Origin: an uncultured Verrucomicrobiota bacterium
GTDB taxonomy: Bacteria; Verrucomicrobiota; Kiritimatiellia; CAZCOO01
Assembly (NCBI GenBank): GCA_964500395.1
Contig: CAZCOO010000002.1
Location: forward strand, 1-46,846
DNA: 46,846 bases
Reading direction: 5' to 3'
The notes beneath the pieces are model-generated. The model was not told the DNA's origin, did not search any database, and saw only the letters and a program-made list of their open reading frames with translations. Numbering within the stretch: position 1 is the first letter of the stretch; each line of letters opens with the position of its first letter. Position numbers and translations under genes: made by a program. Below are positions 20,968 through 29,175 of this stretch, piece by piece.

Positions 20968-22422
20968 ATGAACGAACAACAGGCAAACCCTGTACTGGTC
21001 ACCGGCGCGACCGGATACATCGGGGGCCGGCTGGCCCCGCGTCTCCTGGAGCGCGGCCTGCCGGTGCGGGTTCTGGTGCGGAATGCAGCGCGAATCCAGG
21101 GTCGCTCCTGGGCCGGGCAGGTCGAGATCGTGGAGGGCGATATCCGGGATCCCGTGGCGGTGCGGAAAGCTGTTACGGGGGTGCGGGCCGTCTATTACCT
21201 GATTCACTCCATGGGAGGACGGGGAGCCTTTGAGCGCCTGGACCGGGAAGCCGCCGAAACCTATGCGTCCTTGGCGGGAATGGTTCCGCTTACGGTTTAT
21301 CTGGGCGGGCTCGAGCCGCGGGGTGGGGCGGCCTCAGCCCATTTGCGCAGTCGGCTCGAAGTGGGGGGCATTCTGCGGGCGCGCGTTCCCACCACGGAAT
21401 TTCGGGCCGGGCCGATTATCGGAAGCGGATCGGCTTCGTTCGAAATGATCCGGTATCTGACCGAGCGGCTACCGGCCATGATCGCTCCCAAATGGATTCT
21501 GAACGACGTGCAGCCGATCGGCGTGCGGGACATGATCGAGTATTTGCTGGCCGCGCTGGATGTCGAGCCGGCCGGTGTCGTCGAGGTCGGGGGAGAGGTG
21601 CTGACCTTCAAGGAAATGATGCTGCAGTACGCTGAGATCCGCGGCATCCGGCGGGTCGCGGTTCCGGTCCCGGTACTCGCGCCCGGCCTGGCCGCCCGGT
21701 GGGTCGGCCTGGTGACGCCGATTCCCAATCGACTCGCCGTGCCCCTCGTGCGGGGGGTCGTAAGTCCGCTCTACGCGGATACGGAAAAGGCGAAGGCCTT
21801 GTTTCCCTTGGTCCGCCCCTCCTCCTACCGCGATTGCGTACAACGGGCCCTGCGGCGGATGGAAGAGGGACGGGTGGAGACCCGGTGGAGCGGCGCCCTG
21901 GGCGAGGCAGAGGCTCCCTCCTATGCGCTCACCGACTGGGAGGGCCTGATCCGCGAGACCCGCACAATGGATGTCAACGCATCCCCGGAATGTGTGTACC
22001 GGGTGGTGAGCAGCCTGGGCGGCGACCGCGGGTGGCTGGTCTGGAACTGGGCCTGGCGGATGCGGGGAGGGCTCGACCGCTTGTGTGGAGGGCCGGGCCT
22101 GCGCCGCGGGCGGCGCGATCCGCATGACCTCCTGCCCGGAGAGGCGGTCGATTTCTGGAGGGTCGAGGCCGTGGAGCCCAATCGGGATCTCCTGCTCCGG
22201 GCCGAAATGAAGGTGCCGGGACGTGCCTGGCTCCGATATGAAATGCGTCCCCGGGAGGGCGGTAGCCGCCTGGTGCAGACGGCCATTTTTGCTCCCCGGG
22301 GATTCTGGGGGCCGGTGTACTGGAAGGCGCTGTATCCCATTCACAGATGGATCTTCAGCGACATGGCCAATGCCATCCGCCGGCAAGCGGAGAAGAATGC
22401 GCAACACGCCGTTATGGTCTGA
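20968..22422 (+). CDS. NAD(P)-binding SDR-family protein with C-terminal DUF2867-like domain
   Basis: Rossmann motif VLVTGATGYIGGRL. The roughly 480-aa architecture, with a C-terminal domain (WRVEAVEPNRDLLLRAEMKVPGRAWLRYE), is typical of the NmrA/SDR + DUF2867 family. Confidence 0.8.
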   Translation: MNEQQANPVLVTGATGYIGGRLAPRLLERGLPVRVLVRNAARIQGRSWAGQVEIVEGDIRDPVAVRKAVTGVRAVYYLIHSMGGRGAFERLDREAAETYASLAGMVPLTVYLGGLEPRGGAASAHLRSRLEVGGILRARVPTTEFRAGPIIGSGSASFEMIRYLTERLPAMIAPKWILNDVQPIGVRDMIEYLLAALDVEPAGVVEVGGEVLTFKEMMLQYAEIRGIRRVAVPVPVLAPGLAARWVGLVTPIPNRLAVPLVRGVVSPLYADTEKAKALFPLVRPSSYRDCVQRALRRMEEGRVETRWSGALGEAEAPSYALTDWEGLIRETRTMDVNASPECVYRVVSSLGGDRGWLVWNWAWRMRGGLDRLCGGPGLRRGRRDPHDLLPGEAVDFWRVEAVEPNRDLLLRAEMKVPGRAWLRYEMRPREGGSRLVQTAIFAPRGFWGPVYWKALYPIHRWIFSDMANAIRRQAEKNAQHAVMV

Positions 22423-22440
22423 CCCTGCCCGCCTTTGGAA

Positions 22441-22478
22441 TCGATTTCGATCCCGATAGCGATATCGATATGGATGAT
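22441..22478. repeat. hexamer-periodic NNCGAT tract (tCGATttCGATccCGATagCGATatCGATatGGATGAT) at the edge of an AT-rich island
   Basis: Read directly: GAT recurs at 22443, 22449, 22455, 22461, 22467 and 22473 (period 6), plus 22476. It lies in the intergenic space between convergent genes. Confidence 0.8.
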
Positions 22479-22613
22479 AATAAAGCCATACTATTAAGTG
22501 CTCTTTGTCGCTGACCGCTGGGGGGGGACGAAGGGTGACTTCGGACGTTCAGCCGCAGGACGGGTGTCCGCGATGCCGCGCAGGCGATCCTGGACCGCTT
22601 TGCCTGAGCCGGC

Positions 22614-24629
22614 TCACCGGCGGCGCAGGAACATCATGGTGATGTCGTCCGCCTGGTGGGCGCCCCGGCTGAATTCCTGAATGGTCTCGAAGAGGCTGGT
22701 GTACAGAGCGTGGGGGTGGAGGGAGGCGTGCGTCTCGAGGTGCTCCACGAGCCGCTCGGACCCGAATTCTTCGCCCTCGCGGTTGCGGGCCTCGGTGATG
22801 CCGTCGGTGTAGAGCATCAGGGTGTCGCCCGGGGCGATGTCGATGGAGACTTCCTCGAGGGAGTGGTTGAAGGCCTCTGCGTCGAGCAGTCCAAACGCCG
22901 CCCCGTTGGGGCGCAGGGTCTCCACTTCGCCGTTCTTGTGAATGAGAAGGGCGGGCTCGTGCCCGGCCCGGACGATGTGGGCGCGATGATGCCGGGGGTC
23001 CAGGCCGATGTCGCCCAGGGTGATGAACATCTCCGGGGAGATGTCCCTGGAGATGGAGCGATTAACGATGCGGCAAATCTCCGTGGGGGAGGGGTTGGAC
23101 TCGGCGAAGGAATGGAAGAGGGACCGCAGAATGCTCATGATGAAGGCCGCGGGGACCCCTTTGCCGGAGACATCGCCCACCAGCAGGTGCAGGCGGCAGT
23201 TGGCGGTCGGGACCACATCGTAGTAATCGCCCCCCACCTCGAAAGCCGGGGTGCTGCCCCCGTACGCCTCGTACCCGGGAATGTCCGGCAGCGCTTTGGG
23301 AAGCATGCCTTCCTGCATTTCGCGGGCGAGGTGCATCTCCTGCTCGATCCGTTCTTTCTCCGCGAGCTGCTCCAGCAGGTCGGCGTTGTCGACCGAGACG
23401 GAGGCCTGCTGGGCGAGCGTCTGCAGGATCGTAATGGTGTCTGAGTCGTAGGGGGCCCGGTCTTCGCGCGGGCCCAGGCGGATGACCCCGACGCGGTGCC
23501 GGCCGGAGAGGAGGGGGATGGCCAGTTCGATCACTTCGCCCGGCTCCCCGGTCATGCGTCCGTCGGGAAGGAGGTACTGGATCCAGCGTTCCTGGAAGGC
23601 GAGGCGGGTCAGGGAATCCCGGTCGGGCGGAGGGAGTCGATCGGACCCGTTCTCATAGACCGGCTCGAGTTTCTGGGTCCCGGAGATCCGCATGTAAAAC
23701 CGGTAGGCCTGGGCATCCGACATGCGCATGAACATCTCGGCCATGCCCTGGTGCAGCCGGTCCTTGTCCAGTTCCCGGCTGATGCGGACGGTCGCGTTTT
23801 GAAGCCGGTACATGATCTTCACGCGATGGTTCAAGGTATCCATCATTTCATTAAACGTGGCGGTGAGCCCCCCGATTTCATCGTGGCTCTGGACGGGGAT
23901 CCGCTGTGTGAAGTCGCCGCGATGCACGCGCCGGGCGGCTCGCGTCAGAAGCGTGATGGGCCGGAGGGCCTGGCGGGCAAACAACGCCGATATCGCGAGG
24001 GCGATGAGCAGGATGATCCCCGTGATGGCGAGCGACCGCCTGTAGATGGCCCCGAGTTGAGCCTCGATGTCGGTGGGGAACTGCATGAAGACGTAGGCCA
24101 CGGTATTCGTCCGCGGGCGGATGGGTCCCCGGGCATGGATGACCCGGTTCGTGGGGTCGTACCACTGGGTGTATGCGTCCGGGAGCTCAGCCGGGGCCAG
24201 GTTGGTCGCGAGGACCAGGCCCTCGACCTCCCGGTAGCGGTACAGGGCCTGCCCGCTCAGGTTGTAGAGGGCCAGGTTTTCCGGCCGGTGGGCAATCTCG
24301 CGGCCGGTCGGGCGCTCCACCCGGAGGAATTTCTCGCGCAGCATGTAGGACAGGTCTTCGCCCACAAAGAGGTCGTCGTGGGAGAGGTAGTGGGCCTGCA
24401 GATAGCCCAGGGTGGCGGCGAACACCGTGAAGACAGTCTGGTTTTCCCGGTGGAACAATTCCTTCTCGTACCGGTTGGCGAGCAGGACGGTCAGCGTGAT
24501 GCCCGAGAGCAGAATCATCAGGGCGATATGGATGGAGAACTTCAGCGCGAACGGTATGCGGGAGTGCCACCGGGTGAGCCAGAAACGCGGGCGAAGGTCC
24601 CGCTCCGAACTGGAGGTCGACATGCTCAT
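22614..24629 (-). CDS. membrane sensor PP2C/SpoIIE-family serine phosphatase (HAMP + GAF-like + PP2C)
   Basis: Two TM segments flank a periplasmic region. HAMP-like segment (LRPITLLTRAARRVHRGDFTQRIPVQSHDEIGGLTATFNEMM), GAF-like middle, and PP2C motifs GGDYYDV, LLVGDVSGKGVPAAFIMS, LMLYTDGITEA and DDITMMFL. Confidence 0.85.
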   Translation of the reverse strand: MSMSTSSSERDLRPRFWLTRWHSRIPFALKFSIHIALMILLSGITLTVLLANRYEKELFHRENQTVFTVFAATLGYLQAHYLSHDDLFVGEDLSYMLREKFLRVERPTGREIAHRPENLALYNLSGQALYRYREVEGLVLATNLAPAELPDAYTQWYDPTNRVIHARGPIRPRTNTVAYVFMQFPTDIEAQLGAIYRRSLAITGIILLIALAISALFARQALRPITLLTRAARRVHRGDFTQRIPVQSHDEIGGLTATFNEMMDTLNHRVKIMYRLQNATVRISRELDKDRLHQGMAEMFMRMSDAQAYRFYMRISGTQKLEPVYENGSDRLPPPDRDSLTRLAFQERWIQYLLPDGRMTGEPGEVIELAIPLLSGRHRVGVIRLGPREDRAPYDSDTITILQTLAQQASVSVDNADLLEQLAEKERIEQEMHLAREMQEGMLPKALPDIPGYEAYGGSTPAFEVGGDYYDVVPTANCRLHLLVGDVSGKGVPAAFIMSILRSLFHSFAESNPSPTEICRIVNRSISRDISPEMFITLGDIGLDPRHHRAHIVRAGHEPALLIHKNGEVETLRPNGAAFGLLDAEAFNHSLEEVSIDIAPGDTLMLYTDGITEARNREGEEFGSERLVEHLETHASLHPHALYTSLFETIQEFSRGAHQADDITMMFLRRR

Positions 24630-24791
24630 AGCCTTATCCGATCAGTGTAGAGCGCCCGTCTGATGACGCAACCACGGAGTGAGCCCGCGGGCGCGAATTT
24701 TTCCCGTCACTTTCCCCCTTTACAAAAGGCCGGGTGGGGGTATTGTTTTCGCCCCTTTTGATTGGACCACTGGTGTTGGAATCGGGACGCA

Positions 24792-25454
24792 ATGTCGATA
24801 GACCGCATAACAGACCTGTTTATACATAAGGAGCGCGCCGCCTGGTGGGGGGTGGGCTTTCTCTCCGTATCCCTGCTGCTGGGCCAGGTGACGGCGTTTC
24901 TCGAGGCCTCCGGTGGGGAAGCACCGGCCCGGGCGTCCGCGGACAGGGTCGCGCCCCTTCTCATGCCCCGGCCTGCGCCCCCGTCGCTGGAACCGGGCGA
25001 TCCGGCCCAGACCCTGGTAGAGGCGATCATCCAGGTGGAGTCGGGAGGGGATCCGCTCTGTACCGGCTCGGCCGGCGAACGCGGCCTCATGCAGATCAAG
25101 GCCGCGACGTGGAACCAGATCTCCCGCCGGGCCTTCGGAGAGTTCGTTTCGTTTGACCTCGCCTACGATCCCGAGTTCAACCGTCGTGCGGGCCGCGCGT
25201 ACCTCGCCTGGCTCCAGGGATTTCTGCGAAACCATGGCGCGCAATGGCAGGCGGATGAGCGGACCCTTCTGCTCGCCGGCTATAACGCCGGGCCGGGCGC
25301 CCTCCGCCGGGCGGACTTTGACCCCTCCCGCCTGCCCGCCTCGACTCGCGACTACATTCGCCGCGTCAGCGCCCTGCACGATACACTCCGGGCAAGCCGG
25401 CTCGCGCGCTCCGCGTCCATCGCCCCCGACGCGCCCGCGCGCCGTCCTCTATAA
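24792..25454 (+). CDS. lytic transglycosylase (SLT domain)
   Basis: IIQVESGGDPLCTGSAGERGLMQI (catalytic Glu context) and LLLAGYNAGPGAL, with an N-terminal TM anchor. ATG 24792 chosen; the track start 24762 is TTG. Confidence 0.8.
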   Translation: MSIDRITDLFIHKERAAWWGVGFLSVSLLLGQVTAFLEASGGEAPARASADRVAPLLMPRPAPPSLEPGDPAQTLVEAIIQVESGGDPLCTGSAGERGLMQIKAATWNQISRRAFGEFVSFDLAYDPEFNRRAGRAYLAWLQGFLRNHGAQWQADERTLLLAGYNAGPGALRRADFDPSRLPASTRDYIRRVSALHDTLRASRLARSASIAPDAPARRPL

Positions 25455-25537
25455 TCTTCCCCCGCGCCATCGTCGTTGACGGACTGAGCAGAACCCAATA
25501 GAGTTCTCGTGAATCAACCAGCAAGGAGGATGGGCTC

Positions 25538-26203
25538 ATGACGACACCGGTAAATGTAAATTTCAGTGACTGGTTTCAAAAAGGCTTTGACCTGTATCGC
25601 GACAACCTCGCCCTTTTCATTCCCGCGGCCCTGATCGCCGTCGTGCTTTCGGTGGTGACCCTGGGGATCCTGGCGGGCCCGATGATGGTGGGGCTGATCC
25701 TGATTACCCTCGCCCGGCTGGACGGGCAGGAGGCGGAAATCGGGGATCTGTTCCGGGGCTTTCACCTCTTTCTGCCCAGCTTCCTGTTTGTGCTGGTCTG
25801 GGGCGTCGTTCTGTTCATTGGTACGGTTATCCTCGGGGTGGTGCCGTGCCTGGGACAGATCCTGGGGATTTTGTACGCCTATTCGCTTTCGACCCTGGTC
25901 ATGTTCGGACCGTACCTGATCGCGGAACGCAAGATGGAGTTCTGGGATGCCTCGCTGGTCAGCATCAACATGATCAAGCAGAACTTCTGGCCCTTTCTCG
26001 GCTTCGGGATTGTGGCGATGATCATCGGCGGCATCGGGGCCATCGCGTGCGGAATCGGCGTGGTGGTTACGCTTCCCATCCAGTACGCAGTTCTGGCCGT
26101 GGCCTTCCGCGACCTGTTCGGCAGCGGCGGATCCGACCTCGCCGAGCCGGCCGGGGACGAGGAGGCCTCCGACCCGAATGATCCCGGCGCACAGACCGTG
26201 TGA
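25538..26203 (+). CDS. integral membrane protein, family not recognised
   Basis: AAGGAGG lies 8 nt upstream. There are 5-6 hydrophobic segments and an acidic C-terminal tail. A strong terminator hairpin follows. Confidence 0.6.
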   Translation: MTTPVNVNFSDWFQKGFDLYRDNLALFIPAALIAVVLSVVTLGILAGPMMVGLILITLARLDGQEAEIGDLFRGFHLFLPSFLFVLVWGVVLFIGTVILGVVPCLGQILGILYAYSLSTLVMFGPYLIAERKMEFWDASLVSINMIKQNFWPFLGFGIVAMIIGGIGAIACGIGVVVTLPIQYAVLAVAFRDLFGSGGSDLAEPAGDEEASDPNDPGAQTV

Positions 26204-26227
26204 GCGTGACTCGTCAACAGTGTGAGC

Positions 26228-26265
26228 AAAAGACCCGTCCCTCGATCGGCAGGGGCGGGTCTTTT
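26228..26265. terminator. intrinsic terminator-like hairpin, potentially bidirectional
   Basis: AAAAGACCCGTCCC (26228-26241) pairs with GGGGCGGGTCTTTT (26252-26265): 14 bp including one G-U, with a 10-nt loop. It has an A-tract 5' and a T-tract 3', and lies 25 nt after the stop at 26203. Confidence 0.6.
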
Positions 26266-26289
26266 CTCGTTCACTGGAAGCCGGACAGC

Positions 26290-26685
26290 GTGTGGGAGGT
26301 GGTCCGGGTCCACCTGATCCCGTTTGCCGCCAGTGGGGCCCTCCTCCTCGCGGCCCTGGTGATCCCGCTTCTCCCCTTCGGCCCCCGACCCTGCACGTTC
26401 AAGGCCCTGTTCGGCGCGCCCTGCCCGTTCTGCGGCTCGACGCGGACGTTTGTGGATATGGTCTACGGGCACTGGGCCGCCGGCTGGACCAACAGTCCGC
26501 TGGCCGCGCTGCTGTATATCGGATGCGCCGGGGTGTTCCTCTGGAACGGGATGGCGCTGGCCACGCGCCGCCGATGGGCGCGCGGGGCGCGGTTGCGCCC
26601 CGGCCGGAATACACTGCGCCTGATGGGAGCGGCGTTTGCCGTCGCCCTGCTCCTGAACTGGATCTACCGCTGGATGTCGCTGTAG
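26290..26685 (+). CDS. DUF2752 membrane protein
   Basis: Signature CTFKALFGAPCPFCGSTRTF (CxxxxxGxxCPxCGxTR). I moved the start to GTG 26290, downstream of the terminator hairpin that sits inside the track ORF (26200). The start is uncertain. Confidence 0.7.
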   Translation: MWEVVRVHLIPFAASGALLLAALVIPLLPFGPRPCTFKALFGAPCPFCGSTRTFVDMVYGHWAAGWTNSPLAALLYIGCAGVFLWNGMALATRRRWARGARLRPGRNTLRLMGAAFAVALLLNWIYRWMSL

Positions 26686-26699
26686 GCGGACCGGCGAGG

Positions 26700-27104
26700 T
26701 CAGATCAGGTTGTATTTCTGATCGATCTGCTTCTCCGCCTGGATCCAGTACTGTGACGGCTCGCCCATGAAGTTGCCGGCCTCCGCGAGGTAGTAGGCCG
26801 TCTCCTGGACCATGCGGTAGCGATCCTCGCCGCTGATGGCCGGTTTGGATTTCTTTGCCGCCGTCGCCTTGCTCGCCGCTTTTTTCGCCGGGGTCTTTTT
26901 GGCGGCCGTCTTTTTGGCCGGGGCTTTCTTCGCGGCGCTCTTCTTCGCCGCGGTTTTCTTGGCCGGCGTCTTCTTGGCGGCTTTTTTCGGCGCGGAGGCC
27001 TTGTCGGACTTCCGGGTCACAGAAGAAGCGGTCGGCACTTTTTTTGCCGAGGTCTTCTTCGCGGGGGACTTCTTGGCAGAAGATTTTTTCTTGGAATCAC
27101 TCAC
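26700..27104 (-). CDS. histone-H1-like Lys/Ala-rich protein with C-terminal DUF2934-like domain
   Basis: Residues 5-88 are almost only K/A/P/S/T, with AKK pentapeptide repeats. The C-terminal [35 protein letters not shown] fits the DUF2934 pattern (RAYxLxExxGxxxGxxxxxWxxAE). Confidence 0.75.
   Translation of the reverse strand: MSDSKKKSSAKKSPAKKTSAKKVPTASSVTRKSDKASAPKKAAKKTPAKKTAAKKSAAKKAPAKKTAAKKTPAKKAASKATAAKKSKPAISGEDRYRMVQETAYYLAEAGNFMGEPSQYWIQAEKQIDQKYNLI
26874..26993 (-). repeat. 8 imperfect tandem 15-nt units encoding (A/T/S)(P/A)AKK-type pentapeptides
   Basis: Protein segment [40 protein letters not shown]. The plus-strand DNA shows a recurring CTTCTT/CTTTTTGGC(G/C)G pattern. Confidence 0.7.
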
Positions 27105-27207
27105 CTCAACTACTCCTGGTTACTTGGGGTTCCCATTGGCCGTTCCAAACAAGGCGCAAAACTACTAAGTTGACTTTTCAGTGCAAGCGTTTTTCGTCAG
27201 TTTTGGG

Positions 27208-27237
27208 GTGACAATTTTGCCCCCGGGGCGGTATAGC
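27208..27237 (+). promoter_or_regulatory. candidate sigma70-type promoter upstream of argS (GTGACA-18-TATAGC)
   Basis: Hexamers read at 27208-27213 and 27232-27237, about 85 nt upstream of the argS ATG. Pattern match only. Confidence 0.3.
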
Positions 27238-27322
27238 TCTGCGCTCTTTCTGAAAACCCGGGAATGACCCAACAATACGAGCCCGCCTCCCGATGCCGGT
27301 TCGGGCTCCAGGACGGAACCGT

Positions 27323-29044
27323 ATGATGCAACAGACATTGACCCAGTGGATGCAAGACGCCTTTCGCCGGGCCTTTCCGCAGCTTGAGGCGCAGGAGCAG
27401 CTCGCGTCGATCGAAGTCTTCCCCGCCACGGACGAGCGGTTCGGCGACTACCAGTGCAACGCGGCGATGCCGCTGGCGAAGATCCTGCGGCAAAAGCCGC
27501 GCGACATCGCGTCGGCGGCGCTGGATCACGCCCCCTCCACCGACCTGGTGGAATCCAAAGACATTGCCGGGCCGGGATTCATCAATCTCCGCCTCTCCTC
27601 CGAGGCGCTGGCCGGCGCGATGGAGGCGATGTCGGCGGATGACCGGCTCGGGGTGCCCGCGCCGGGGCAGGGGCGCTCGGTGGTGATGGACTATTCCAGC
27701 CCCAACGTGGCAAAGCCCATGCACATCGGCCATATCCGCTCCACGGTTATCGGCAACGCCCTCGACCGCCTGCACCGCCATCTCGGGTTCCGGGTGATCG
27801 CGGACAACCACGTGGGGGACTGGGGTACACAATTCGGACTTCTCATCCTGGGGTACCGGAGCTTTTGCGACCCCGCGGCGTTGGAGACCGATCCCATCGG
27901 GGAGCTGGAGCGGATCTACCGCGAAAGCTACGAACGATCCGAACAGGACGAAGGCTGGCGCGAAGAGGCCCGGAGGGAACTGGTCAAGCTTCAGCAGGGG
28001 GACCCGAATAATGTCCGGCTCTGGGAGAGGTTTGTGGACCTGAGCAAACAGGAATTCCAGAGGATCTACGACCGCCTCGGCGTCTCGTTTGACCTGGTTC
28101 GCGGCGAAAGCCATTACCGCGAGGCCCTGCCGGGGGTTCTGGAGACCCTGGAGAGCCGGGGCCTCGCGACAGAGAGCGAGGGGGCCCGGGTGGTGTTTCT
28201 GGAGGAGGAGAACCTCCCCGTATGTATCGTCCGCAAACGGGACGGCGGGTTCAATTACGCCACCACCGATATCGCCACGGTGCTGAGCCGGGACGAGGAA
28301 TTCGCCCCCGAGTCCATTATCTACATCACGGACGAGCGGCAGCAGCTCCACTTCAACCAATTCTTTGCCATCGCCCGCAAACTCGGGGTGCAGGCCCGGC
28401 TCGTCCACGTCTGGTTCGGCCTCATGCGGCTGCCGGACGCCACCTTCTCCACCCGGCAGGGCAACGTCATCAAGCTGGAGAAACTCCTGGATGAGGCCGA
28501 GGAGCGGGCCCTGGCCATGGTCCGCGAGGCGAGCCCCGGCATGGCCGAACAGGACCAGCGGGAGGTCGCCCGCGCGGTGGGTATCGGGGCCGTGAAATAC
28601 GCGGACCTCAGTCAGAACCCCCAGAGCGTGGTGACCTTCACCTGGGAAAAGGCCCTCAGCCTGGACGGCAACAGCGCCCCGTATCTGCAATATGCCCACG
28701 CCCGGATCGCCAGTGTCCGCGACAAGTACCGGGAACGATTTCCCGGGGGGACGTACGAAACGGCCCCCATCCGGCTCGCCGAGACGGTCGAGCGGAAACT
28801 GGCGCTCAAGCTCATCCGGTTTGGCGATACGGTGGAGCGCGCCGCGGGCCAGTACAAACCCAACCTCCTGGCGGACTACCTGTACGAGCTCGCCCAGATC
28901 TACAGCTCTTTTTACCAGAATGTGCCGTTTCTGAAGGCGGACGAGGGCGTACGGGAAAGCCGGGTGCGCCTGTGCGACCTCGTGGCCCGGACGCTCCGCC
29001 GCGGCCTCGACCTCCTCGGCATCGAGACCCCCGACCGGATCTGA
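27323..29044 (+). CDS. argS: arginine--tRNA ligase
   Basis: Class I HIGH-type motif [16 protein letters not shown], the ArgRS N-terminal domain and a C-terminal DALR-type anticodon-binding region ([17 protein letters not shown]). Start at ATG 27323 (MMQQTLTQW...). Confidence 0.93.
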   Translation: MMQQTLTQWMQDAFRRAFPQLEAQEQLASIEVFPATDERFGDYQCNAAMPLAKILRQKPRDIASAALDHAPSTDLVESKDIAGPGFINLRLSSEALAGAMEAMSADDRLGVPAPGQGRSVVMDYSSPNVAKPMHIGHIRSTVIGNALDRLHRHLGFRVIADNHVGDWGTQFGLLILGYRSFCDPAALETDPIGELERIYRESYERSEQDEGWREEARRELVKLQQGDPNNVRLWERFVDLSKQEFQRIYDRLGVSFDLVRGESHYREALPGVLETLESRGLATESEGARVVFLEEENLPVCIVRKRDGGFNYATTDIATVLSRDEEFAPESIIYITDERQQLHFNQFFAIARKLGVQARLVHVWFGLMRLPDATFSTRQGNVIKLEKLLDEAEERALAMVREASPGMAEQDQREVARAVGIGAVKYADLSQNPQSVVTFTWEKALSLDGNSAPYLQYAHARIASVRDKYRERFPGGTYETAPIRLAETVERKLALKLIRFGDTVERAAGQYKPNLLADYLYELAQIYSSFYQNVPFLKADEGVRESRVRLCDLVARTLRRGLDLLGIETPDRI

Positions 29045-29137
29045 ACCGGAAGGCGGGAGGCCGCCTACTGCCGCGCGCAATCGTCCCCGGGACTGCATCG
29101 AGCCACTCCGCATGGATCACATCGTGCACATGCGGTC

Positions 29138-29165
29138 TTGCCTCAGCCTGTTCCGCGGCTATACT
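29138..29165 (+). promoter_or_regulatory. candidate promoter of leuCD (TTGCCT-16-TATACT)
   Basis: Hexamers at 29138-29143 and 29160-29165. The -10 ends 10 nt before the leuC ATG and there is no Shine-Dalgarno sequence between them. Confidence 0.4.
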
Positions 29166-29175
29166 GTCACGCCCT

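Noticed and set aside
27197-29113. 638-aa minus-strand ORF
   Set aside because: It is antisense to argS, whose class-I synthetase motifs are unambiguous. The ORF has no recognisable domain and an Arg/Pro/Gly-rich composition.
28972-29175. Upstream extension of the leuC ORF overlapping the argS 3' end
   Set aside because: The extension is an Arg/Pro-rich non-homologous sequence. The LeuC homology begins at [11 protein letters not shown] (ATG 29176), and a good promoter lies inside the extension.
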